Shown here one piece after another: positions 28,118 to 38,028 of a stretch of 64,000 bases of DNA. A model generated the notes under the pieces. That model had not been told where the DNA came from. It did no database searches and was given only the letters and a program-made list of their open reading frames with translations. Where the stretch lies: assembly GCA_051362555.1 (NCBI GenBank), contig CM120640.1, positions 63,280,788 through 63,344,787 of the forward strand, read 5' to 3'. This DNA is from Lingula anatina (Eukaryota > Animalia > Brachiopoda). Both the position numbers and the translations under genes were made by a program. The first letter of the stretch is position 1. Every line of letters begins with the position of its first letter.

Positions 28118-28791
28118 GTACTTAACAAAGAAACTAGTTTTTCGTGGCATGAAATTGAATATGATTTATTCAATATTTGCGGCTAAATGAGGGTTGCTCT
28201 ACCTGAGGCAATTAAATTGTGATTTTTTTTTCCTTTTTAGAGTTACAAACCGTGTAGATTACCTTTTTGACTCGATGACCGGAACGGCTATGGTATTCGA
28301 AACTATGTGGATCGAATGAATAAAGGTCCCCGTTTCTTTTACATAGTCATTTGTTAAAAGTAAAAACAGGTTATTTAGAGCACATTAATGTTCCATGCTT
28401 CACAAATTTTGGATAAAAACACGGGTACGCCTACCTTCAGGAATCATGTAAGGACAGATATCACAAAGAACAGTGTATCACTGTGCTAACTTCTTTTATT
28501 CAAGTTAAAGTCTACCTTCAGGGCCCTGTCGTGAATATTTCACCCTGCACACGTATTTTCACTTATTTAACATAAAAGTTCATTCTGTGTTACACTTATT
28601 TATCTTATTATACTCCTCTTTGTATATGAAATTTCTCTTTATTGTCAGTAACTTTGCCTAATTTGTGTATAATATTTATACACGTCAGTATTAAAACATC
28701 TGATTTAAATTAGTTTGCCACAATATACTTTGTAAGACACTTTTTAGTACCCACTAATCAAGGCCTTTCTTCTAGAGTAATGCGGGGGATT

Positions 28792-28853
<62 letters not shown>

Positions 28854-28909
28854 ATGGAAATATGATCCACCCAAAGCGACATTACCTGGATAAAAAAATC
28901 TATTTATGA

Positions 28910-29072
28910 TCAATCTAAATAAAATAAAAACATTCAAAAAGGATACAGTTTTCTTTCGTCTTTAGAATGATGCCAAACTCTGGACACGCCTCCAGGAACA
29001 CTACTGCTGTCCATATAATATCTCTAGTACCTTAACAAATTGCCGCAAAGACAACATCACTAAAACTGCCTA
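28910..29072 (-). pseudogene. Duplicated, internally deleted copy of the WDR11 penultimate exon with its U12 donor
   Basis: Aligns by eye with ~38350-38517 (AAAAGGATACA.TTTTCTTTCGTC...GCCGCAAAGACAACATCAC.AAAACTGCC) with a short deletion. Confidence 0.85.
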
Positions 29073-29506
29073 TCTGTATTTATATATCTGAAGTTGCTTA
29101 TGAATCCGCTTCTTATACATGCATGAAAGAAGAACATTTTGGTCAAATCTAGTCTACATAAACAGAGAAATTAGTTTTCAGTGGCATCAAATTGAATTTG
29201 ATAAATTTCATATTTGCGGTTTAAAATGACCACCCAACCAACTGGATGTATCTGATTATTTTTCATAGCATTTTTATCATGAATTTACACTATACTACAG
29301 TATACACCAGGCTATTTTTCTTTTATATTTATATATTTATATTTATATTTTGAACACTATACTTCTAGGCTATTTTCTCCTGAAGCTGTTTTATTAGATC
29401 GGCAAATTCTCCCGCTATTTTTAACCAAACTAAAGCACATATTCGAAGTGTTCTTAACTACACACAAATAACGCTTAAAGGCTTTAGACATGTAGATCAT
29501 TTATTA

Positions 29507-29674
29507 CAGGGGCGGATTTAGGGCGTCTTCTGGGTCTTCTGGAAGACGGTCAGATTTTCAAGTTTACATTGACGGGTATCTAACTTTTTCTGTCGGAAGA
29601 CGGTCAAAAATGGAGGATTGTTCAACGAAGATAAATTGGAAGACTGTCAGAAAACAACTCTGGATCCGCTCCTG
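29507..29674. mobile_element. ~170-bp CAGGGGCGGAT MITE (copy 2) with TATTA target duplication
   Basis: tatta|CAGGGGCGGAT...ATCCGCTCCTG|tatta; the paralogous empty site at ~31324-31332 reads TATTACGAC. Confidence 0.85.
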
Positions 29675-31798
29675 TATTACGACTGGCCAGTTTGACGGCA
29701 TGTTTATCACTCTGTCCTCACTCGTTTCTCATCTCGTTTCTCGTTTGTTTGTCTGTTTTTTTATCCAATTTTCCACTGAGCTCACGCTCAAGGGTGTTGA
29801 ACTCCCAAGCCATAAATACGTTAATCAGAGGGGTTAGTCTTGAAATTTGTTCTTTTTCCGTATGTGAAGACAAGAAGTCCAGTGTAGATCACCATTTTGA
29901 CTAGGTGACCGGAACGGCTATGGCATTCGAAACTAAGTGGATCAAATGAATGAAGGACCTCGCTTCTTTTACAGTCACTTTTTTTATAGTAAAAACAGGT
30001 TAAGTTTGAGCACATTAAATTTTGGATGAAAGACACGGGAATACCTACCATCAGGACTCATGTAAGGGCAGATGTCACACAGAACAGTGTATGACTAAGT
30101 TTTTTTTAGTCAAGTCTCCCTTCAGGACCCCATGAATATTTCACCCTGCACGCGTGTTAACGTATTTTTACTCATTTACCCTATTAATGCAAGATTGTAT
30201 TCAAAACTTTTCAGCAAATAAAATATGTTTAAGTCATTAACGTCGCCTTAGTTTTTCTTCAAACTCGAAAAAAATTTGCGATAAAAGGTCCACTTTTTCA
30301 GGAAAAGACCCCCCTTTGAAATCGCTGGCAACATACATACGGGACCTGGTATTTTACATAAAATTTCTACTAGTGTTACACTTTTTAACCAATTACACCC
30401 CCATTTGTCTTTGCGATTTCCCTTTATTTTCACCAACTTGGTCAAATTTGTTTTTTTTTTGTGTTATTTGTGTAATATTTATAGACGTCTCTCGCGTTCC
30501 GTGATGCAAGCAGAGAATCTTTATAATCTCTCCCCCCCCATCCACCCAATTTTGAAGGATTTTATGTTACAAATAAAAAATGTTTAAGTTTGTTTGTTTA
30601 TATAAATATATTTTATAAATACATACTCGATTTGACAAGTTACGATAAGAAAGAATAGAGAAATTAGTTTTAGGCTTAATTCAAGCTTTTTAGTTTTTTA
30701 TTTGTTTTATATTAGAATGCTTTAATTTTTCAGTTCGGATACTGGTTCTAAAGGACGACAGAAGATAAAGCAAGATGGAGTTTTCTTTCTAAAAATAAAT
30801 ATACTCAAGAACTGATCATTATCATTATTTTTATTTTTATTTTATTAGCCTTTTTAAACGGTTTCGTTTTTACAGATATTTGTTTTTATTGTTTTGTTCA
30901 AAGTTTGTTCAGATTGAAAAAAAAATTAAATAGCAAGTATTCATTGTTTTCAATTTTCACTAATGACTGCCTTTATGACAATACGTTAAACCGGAAATAA
31001 AGCACACGGAATGAAATGAGCGCTTCCACCCTAACACTGTGTCTTTGTTTATATTATAAATATTTTTGCTCGTTTGAGTGTAACGAATTAGAACCTACGT
31101 ACCACTCTTTTTATATCTGAATTTTTAAAATCGCTTCTTATACATTCTTATACGGTTTAAAATGACCACCCGACCAGCTGGATGTATCTGATTATTTTAA
31201 GCTGATTTCATTAGATCGGCAAATTCTCCCCTTATTTTTAACCAAACTGAAACACATATTCGAAATGTTCTTAACTACACACAAATAACGCTTAAAGGCT
31301 TTAGACATGTAGATCATTTTATTTATTACGACTCGCCAGTTTGACAGCTTGTTTATCACGCTGCCCTCACTCGTTTCTCATCTCGTTTCTCGTTTTTTTT
31401 TTTTTTTTATCCAATTTTCCACTGAGCTCACGCTCAAGGGTGTTGAACTCCCAAGCCATAAATACGTTAATCAGAGGGGTTAGTCTTGAAGTTTGTTCTT
31501 TTTCTGTATGTGAAGACAAGAAGTCCAGTGGTGATGCAAATGTAACATGACCACGAAGCAAGGACGTATATTGATATACAGATAATATATAACATCACAA
31601 TTGACATTCTTTTTAATATAAGAAAAAAATGAAACCATTCCTGTAACTTATTCATTTGCCATGTACTGGGGTTCCGTTTCTGATATATAGGCGTAAATCT
31701 AACTTTTTATCACACAAGTTGAATTCTAAGTAGCGCTTTATAAAATTAAGCTTTATAAAAACTGCACATGTGAACGTCGATGAAAAGTCCATTTTAGT

Positions 31799-32693
31799 TC
31801 ATTCATCTTCGTCTTTTATCTCGTCATCATTCATGAATATCTCATCTTTAAGCAGATCCATGAGCATATTTCGCTCTTTTTCAGACAGCTGGTTCTGCAA
31901 AATAATAATTGTGATAACTAAATTTAGTATAAATGAATGAATGAATAAAAACTATTCACGTTGTCGGTGTTGTTCCCTTAAAGGATAACTGTTCATTTTG
32001 ACAAAAAAACAGTTTTTCCTGTGGTAAACGACGACTTTTTTCATACTTACCAAAGGTTAGTGAATCCATCCCGACATTCAAAATTAGTCCATTTTTTCTA
32101 ATACGTTTGATTTTAGGTAATAATCTCTTAAGACTGTAACAATAATCTCTTTGTCACCGACTGGGGTTTGATAACAATATTTGACCTACGTATTAGATTT
32201 TCCATGGTTCCAAGATTTTCTATTTAGTGACTTCCTGCGGAACAATATATAAATCAGCTACTTTTCGCTCGTCACAAGAGCATCATCAGGCTGAATGTTG
32301 ACAGGTTGTTGGGTTCGTGTTCGTCGACCTGTGAACAATTTTCACACTAACTGATTAATATTTCATCTCTTTTGAAGCAATATTCAGCATACCGTGTTAG
32401 CCGCGTCGTCTTCACTGTCCAAATTCTTTGATAGGTCTACTCCTCCTCTGCGCCTCCGCCTCCGCCAAGCTGTCAATTACAAAATACAAAGAAAAATGAA
32501 AATAATTGACATACTGAATTTCATTTAATGCCAATGGAAGTCTTTATCATATTACAGCAAATCAGACACAAACCGTTAAGACTGGACGCGACAAAGAAAA
32601 AGCAAAAAGCTTCAACATACCTTCAGAATCAACAAACATGTGCACCAGCAATATTGTCATTAGGAGCAGAGCAAATCTTTGACATCCACGCAT
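31799..32693 (-). CDS. Trp/poly-Arg secreted prepropeptide, copy 5 (3 exons, intact)
   Basis: Exons 32621-32693, 32393-32469, 31799-31894. Translation: MRGCQRFALLLMTILLVHMFVDSEA-WRRRRRRGGVDLSKNLDSEDDAANT-NQLSEKERNMLMDLLKDEIFMNDDEIKDEDE*. TATAAAAA at ~32771-32778 on the minus strand. Confidence 0.88.
32254..32294 (-). ncRNA. Degenerate minimal type-I hammerhead-like motif in intron 2 of copy 5
   Basis: Minus strand TCAGC-CTGATGA-t-GCTC ttgtgac GAGC-GAAAAGTA-GCTGA. Stem I (TCAGC/GCTGA) and stem II (GCTC/GAGC) pair perfectly; C>A change in helix III. Confidence 0.55.
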
Positions 32694-33246
32694 GTTGAAT
32701 GCAAACCCTCTTGGAGGTGACGAGTCCGTTACCGCGGTCTCACTGGGTGTGGATCCACCCAACCTACCACTTTTTATATCTGAAATTTTTTGAAACCGCT
32801 AATTATACATGCATGAAAGAAAAGAAGATTTATTTGGCGAAGTCAAATCTAGTCTGTATAAAAAGAGAAGCCAGGTTTTGTGGCAAAAACTAGTTTCTGA
32901 AATGATTTATTCAATACTTGCGGTTAAAGGAGGGTTGCTCGACTAGAGGCAATCAAATAATCTTTTTTCCCTTTTTTTTTAGAGTTACAAACCGTGTAGA
33001 TCACCATTTTGACTCGGTGACCGGAACGGCTATGGTATTCGAAACTAAGTGAATCGAATGAATGAAGGACCTGGCCTTTTTTACATAGTCACAAAACAGG
33101 TTAGTTTGAGCACATTAAATTTTGGATGAAAGACACGGGAATACCTACCGTCAGGGTTCATGTAAGGGAAGATGTCACACAGAACAGTGTATGACTGTGC
33201 TAAGTTTTTTTTTATTCAAGTCTCCCTTCAGGACCCCATGAATAAT

Positions 33247-34030
33247 GGGGGTCCGCCATATAGATAAACGTCCCAATAAAATGTTCGTCCCGATAGATAC
33301 GTCTCTATACATACACGTCTCAATAGATTTACGTCTCGTTAAATTTACGTTCCGATAGATCCACCAACAGATTCCTATAAACCCACGTATCTTTAGATCC
33401 AGGTACCGCTAGATCCATCTATCTGACATCGTAATCGGCTAAAAGGCCCATATCAACTTGCGTTGTGAAATTTAGAACACATTTTTATGTTCTTTTTTGT
33501 TTTGTTTTGTTTAGAACACATTTACATGTAAATTCAGAACACTTTTTACGTGTTTGAATGTTACATTTTGAGAACGCTTTAAACAGTGTTCTGACGCTAG
33601 AACAGTAATTAAGCGTTGTGAAATATAGAACACACTTTTGTTCTTTTTATGTTCTTTCACTGAGTATTGTGTGAAAACGATCTAGTAGAATAATATATTG
33701 CTGACTGCGTACTGTCGTTTTAAAGAAGTGCATTTTATGTACTGAGTAGTATACCAACCATTTCGAGCAATAGTGTACCTGTAATGGATCTATCGGTATT
33801 TGGATCTAAAAATACGTGGATCTATAGGTATGCGGATTTAAAGGACGTGGGTTTATGAGGACGTCATATCTATAGGAACGCAAATATATAGGACAGCAGA
33901 AAAAAATCGGATCTATCGGTATTTTAATCTAAAAAGACGTTTTTTCCGTTTTTCTTTTATGTATCTATCGGTAACGGGAGTATAGGGACGTGTAATATTT
34001 TGGGACTAAATTTTATCCGTACGTACCCGA
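33247..34030. mobile_element. Foldback/MITE-like insertion
   Basis: Interrupts CATGAATATTTCACCCTGCA, which is contiguous in the paralogous block at ~30131; imperfect inverted ends and many internal GATCTA/TAGATC motifs. Confidence 0.65.
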
Positions 34031-34349
34031 ATATTTCACCCTGCAGTGCACACGTGTTAACGTATTTTCATTTATATTCCCAATTGAAAGATTGCATTCA
34101 CAACTTTTCAGCAAATTAAATATGTTTAAGTAATTAACATCGCCTTAGTTTTTCTTCAAGAACAAACTCGAAAATTTTTTTAATATCCGCGATAAAAGGT
34201 CCACTTCTTCAGAAAAAGACCCCCTTTGGAATCGCTGGGTAAGGGCTTGGTAATTTACATTAAATTTTAACTTGTTTTACACTTATTATACAATTACACC
34301 CACGTTGTCTTTGTAATTTCTCTTTATTTTCAGTAACTTGGTGTAATTT

Positions 34350-34794
34350 CCCAAATTTTGTTGTTTTAACGTTAAAACAACGTTGAACCATAACGTTGAT
34401 AATACGTTGGATAAACATTGGATTTGAAAGTTGGATCAACGTCAGATAACAACATTGTATCAACCCCAAATGTTAGACAACATTCTTGCATGAAAAGACA
34501 TTAAAATGACCTGAAATGTTTTTATTTTTGGTACAAAACACAGGTACACAATTATAACGTACACTGTAAAAACATCCAAGTGGCTGCTTTGTCTGATTTT
34601 TTCTACGCCTTTAGCTCCTAAGCATGTTTTGCACCTGAGCATGGTGCACCCTTTTAGCCTGGATGTGTTTAGCAGTAGGACATGTTTGATGGCTTAATAT
34701 ATGTAGGGTATATATGTATGGCCTTTAAGCTAAAATTTCTAAGGTTTAGATTAATATATATATAGTTATTTTCTTATATATACATATAAGACCA

Positions 34795-34887
<93 letters not shown>

Positions 34888-35367
34888 CAAAGTCACAGTC
34901 ACCTCAGCCCGTCTATCTATAACAGGGTACCGAGAACTGTCAACTTTATTAGCTTCACTCCATTTACAGCGACTTATTCATCCTAGTGATAGCTGACCTT
35001 GCAAGGAAGTTTATTGGAATGTATTTCTGAATAACAAGTTAAGAAAATTCACTAGTTCACTAAAGACAAAACAAAACAACTGTCACTTTTACTTTAAAAC
35101 ACTTTTTTTTTATTATTTTGATAAAGTTAGTTACAGTATTGATAAACAAAGTATCACGTTTTCAATAATTAATATTTTAAATTACAATCCATGTCTGCAA
35201 GTTTGTGTCAATGACCAAAATACAACGTTGAGTCAACGTCACTTTATGACGGTGTTTTGACGTGGCTGGATCAACGTTGATTTTACGTTAAATTTAGGTA
35301 GATCAACGGCAATTCGACGTATCAACCTGTTTTCAACGTTGATCCAACGTCACTATGCCTGCTGGGT
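34350..35367. mobile_element. Degenerate MITE-like insertion rich in AACGTTG motifs, with internal (TA)n
   Basis: Absent from the paralogous block at ~30440-30470. AACGTTG/CAACGTT arrays occur at both ends, it terminates in GCCTGCTGGG, and (TA)n lies at 34800-34885. Confidence 0.5.
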
Positions 35368-35517
35368 TGTATTTGGTGTAATTTGTGTAATATTTATACA
35401 CGTCTTTATGAAAATATCTCATTTTAATTTTTCCATATTATACATTGTAAGCTACGTGTTATTCACAACGGTTAAGGCAATCAAAACCTTTCTTCCGGTA
35501 GAGAAATGCGGGGGATT

Positions 35518-35557
<40 letters not shown>

Positions 35558-35708
35558 CTAAGGCATGGATATATACATGTATGTTTCACCCAAAGGCACG
35601 TTACCTTGATAAAAGAACTTCAATTTAATGAAAATGAATAGCACTCAGTATTTCTGGAGAAGTATTTTACAGAAAACCTCATTCAGTTCAAAAATCGAGA
35701 TCTTCAAA

Positions 35709-36344
35709 TTAGAATCCGACCTCTGGTGTGAGAAGCGGCGTGGTAGTTGGAGGGCTGCGAGGGCTGGATGAGGGAGGCAGCTGGACAGTGGTCCCGGTGA
35801 CACAGTCCCATGGTGTGTCCACCAGCATCATAGAACCATGCATACAGTAGGTGGTGGTACACCACTCCTTACGGACCACACTTCCAGTTGGATACCACTG
35901 GCCTGCAACCATGCAACCAACATCATGATGGTGTGTTGTAGTTGAGGTGGGTAAGGGAGCAGTGGTCAGGCATCCCCATTCTGCTGGCACACTCCCAAGG
36001 CCGTGGTATGAGCAATAAAAACAGGTTCCATCCTGCATTATGTAGCTCTCAACATTTATTGTCTTGTCGCCGACCCTACACTGGCGCGGGTTGCGTTGGG
36101 TTGTGGTACTGGGATGAGGGCGACTAGTGGAAACAGGCCTGGGGAAGCACTCGGGTTTTGCCACAGACCGCACGTAGCCGTTAGCGCAGTAAACCATGAA
36201 ACATTTCTCGCTGGCGATCAGACCCTCGTGAAAAACTTTGCCTTTGTAAGTACACGTGTCACTTAGCTTTAACGGTAACCCGCAGGCGTACATGACAAAC
36301 ACAGAACCAGCAAACGCCAGGAAAAAATATCCGTGTCCTAACAT
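35709..36344 (-). CDS. Secreted protein (~211 aa) with three 4-Cys VWC-like modules separated by Thr/Pro-rich linkers, single coding exon
   Basis: Signal-like MLGHGYFFLAFAGSVFVMYACG; modules CTYKGKVFHEG..C..C..C, CRVGDKT..C..C..C and CMVAGQWYPTG..C..C..C; linkers PVSTSRPHPSTTT, TTAPLPTSTTTHHH and PPSSSPRSPPTTTP. The ORF is open upstream to 36443. Confidence 0.8.
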   Translation of the reverse strand: MLGHGYFFLAFAGSVFVMYACGLPLKLSDTCTYKGKVFHEGLIASEKCFMVYCANGYVRSVAKPECFPRPVSTSRPHPSTTTQRNPRQCRVGDKTINVESYIMQDGTCFYCSYHGLGSVPAEWGCLTTAPLPTSTTTHHHDVGCMVAGQWYPTGSVVRKEWCTTTYCMHGSMMLVDTPWDCVTGTTVQLPPSSSPRSPPTTTPLLTPEVGF

Positions 36345-37105
36345 GTCTGATTTGTCGGTAATCAATAGAATATGGAGATTTACATGTAGGTGCAACAAGA
36401 TAAAGATGAGGTCTTCGTGATGGAAGCCATACCATATGGGCATTTCTCATATACCAGTAAAGATAAGAAGTTTCTCAATACTATGAAGATAAGAAGTCCA
36501 AATGACGAGTCATGACAAATAGCCACTGTACTATTTATTTTATAAATAAAATGAAACGATAAACAAAAAATTCAATATACATCCAAATTATTGCACAAAT
36601 ATATTTCGAAGAAACGGATTTAGTCTGTAACTTTCGTATAGAAATGAACAGGTTCCTTTCTTGAACAAAAGAGATTGTTCCTAATCTGACAAATCTAAAA
36701 ATAAAGAGCTTAACAAGTTTACTCAGAATGCAACCTCATTAAAAATATTTTCAGTCCGTTCCCCTACTAGTGCATCGCTGAATGAAAAGCATTGTCTGCA
36801 CCTGCACCACGCATAGAGAACTGATATAGTAACTGATGAATTTTATGCAGAACTGATGAAGACCACAGTTTGTCAAAGCATTACTTCCCCTTAGCAAAAT
36901 ATCAGGCCTGCTGCAAACTCTCTAGCAAATTTACTGCAAATTTGCAAGAAATTCTTGCACCAAGTTGCTGCGAATTTGCTGCTAATTTACTGCAAATTTG
37001 TAAGAACACTTTTATGCAAATTTTTATGCAAAATTTTTATGCAAATTTGCTGCATATCAGCTACAATACAAAATTTTCTTGGAAAGTGGTTGCCACAAAC
37101 TTTTA

Positions 37106-37372
37106 GGCTTCGTTCACATGCAATGTCTATTTTCTAAATTCTATTTTCTTTTCGCGCTATCTTATGATCACGGTCTGTGCACTGAATATCCCGCCGCGTA
37201 ATTACTGGCAGCGCGAGCCAGTTACTTATAGTAACTTATAGTAACTTATAGTAACTGGCTCGCGCTGCCAGTAATTACGCGGCGGGATATTCAGTGCACA
37301 GACCGTGATCATAAGACATGCCGCAAATAGAAAATAGAATTTAGAAAATAGACATTGCATGTGAAAGAAGCC
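37106..37372. mobile_element. Near-perfect hairpin MITE (PIF/Harbinger-like ends) nested in an older GCAAATTT-rich element (~36887-37403)
   Basis: GGCTTCGTTCACATGCAATGTC...GACATTGCATGTGAAAGAAGCC, arms ~120 bp, loop of (CTTATAGTAA) repeats, flanks TTA/TAA. Confidence 0.85.
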
Positions 37373-38028
37373 TAAGTTTGAAGCAAACTTTCACTTTGCT
37401 AATGGTGGTCAAAATACACACAAATATAAAAAAAATAGGAAGGTAATAATATACAGTGTAAAAGCATAAATGTCCATCATATTTTTCATCATGTTACCAG
37501 ATACAGATAATAGATAACATCACACTTAATAGTCTACTTGAAATGAAAAAATAATGACAACATTCCTATTACAAGTAACTTATTCATATGTCATGTGCTG
37601 GGGTAACAGCTTGCTCTGCTAGTTCATGTTATCCCTACAGAAAGGAAGCGGTTGTCCTCCACATAACAATCTGTGCTGAAGAAATCTGTTAAGTAAATTA
37701 ATGGTGTTGAAATAATCTACTTTTTTTGTTCACCCATTAAGCAAATTTGGTTTTGGAACTGTAAATAACTGTAGTCAGGTTTAAGTGAGATCTGCTTCAA
37801 TTCAATCCATAATCCTTTGTAAATGCGTCATTTCGTGATCAAGAGCAAAGTTTTGTCAACAACACTATTGTTATCTTGACCATTAAACCTACATTTCACT
37901 TATTTCAACTATGAAATGTTCATGCCATAATGACAACTAGCTAAACCCATCATTTATACTCTACTACAGTTTCAACCACCCTTGCATATCAAGCTTATAC
38001 AATTCCGGCCATCTTATGCTGATGATTC

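Noticed and set aside
33137-33146. NF-kB-like site GGGAATACCT upstream of copy 5 (also ~30038)
   Set aside because: It does not fit GGGRNWYYCC and is too short to be significant.
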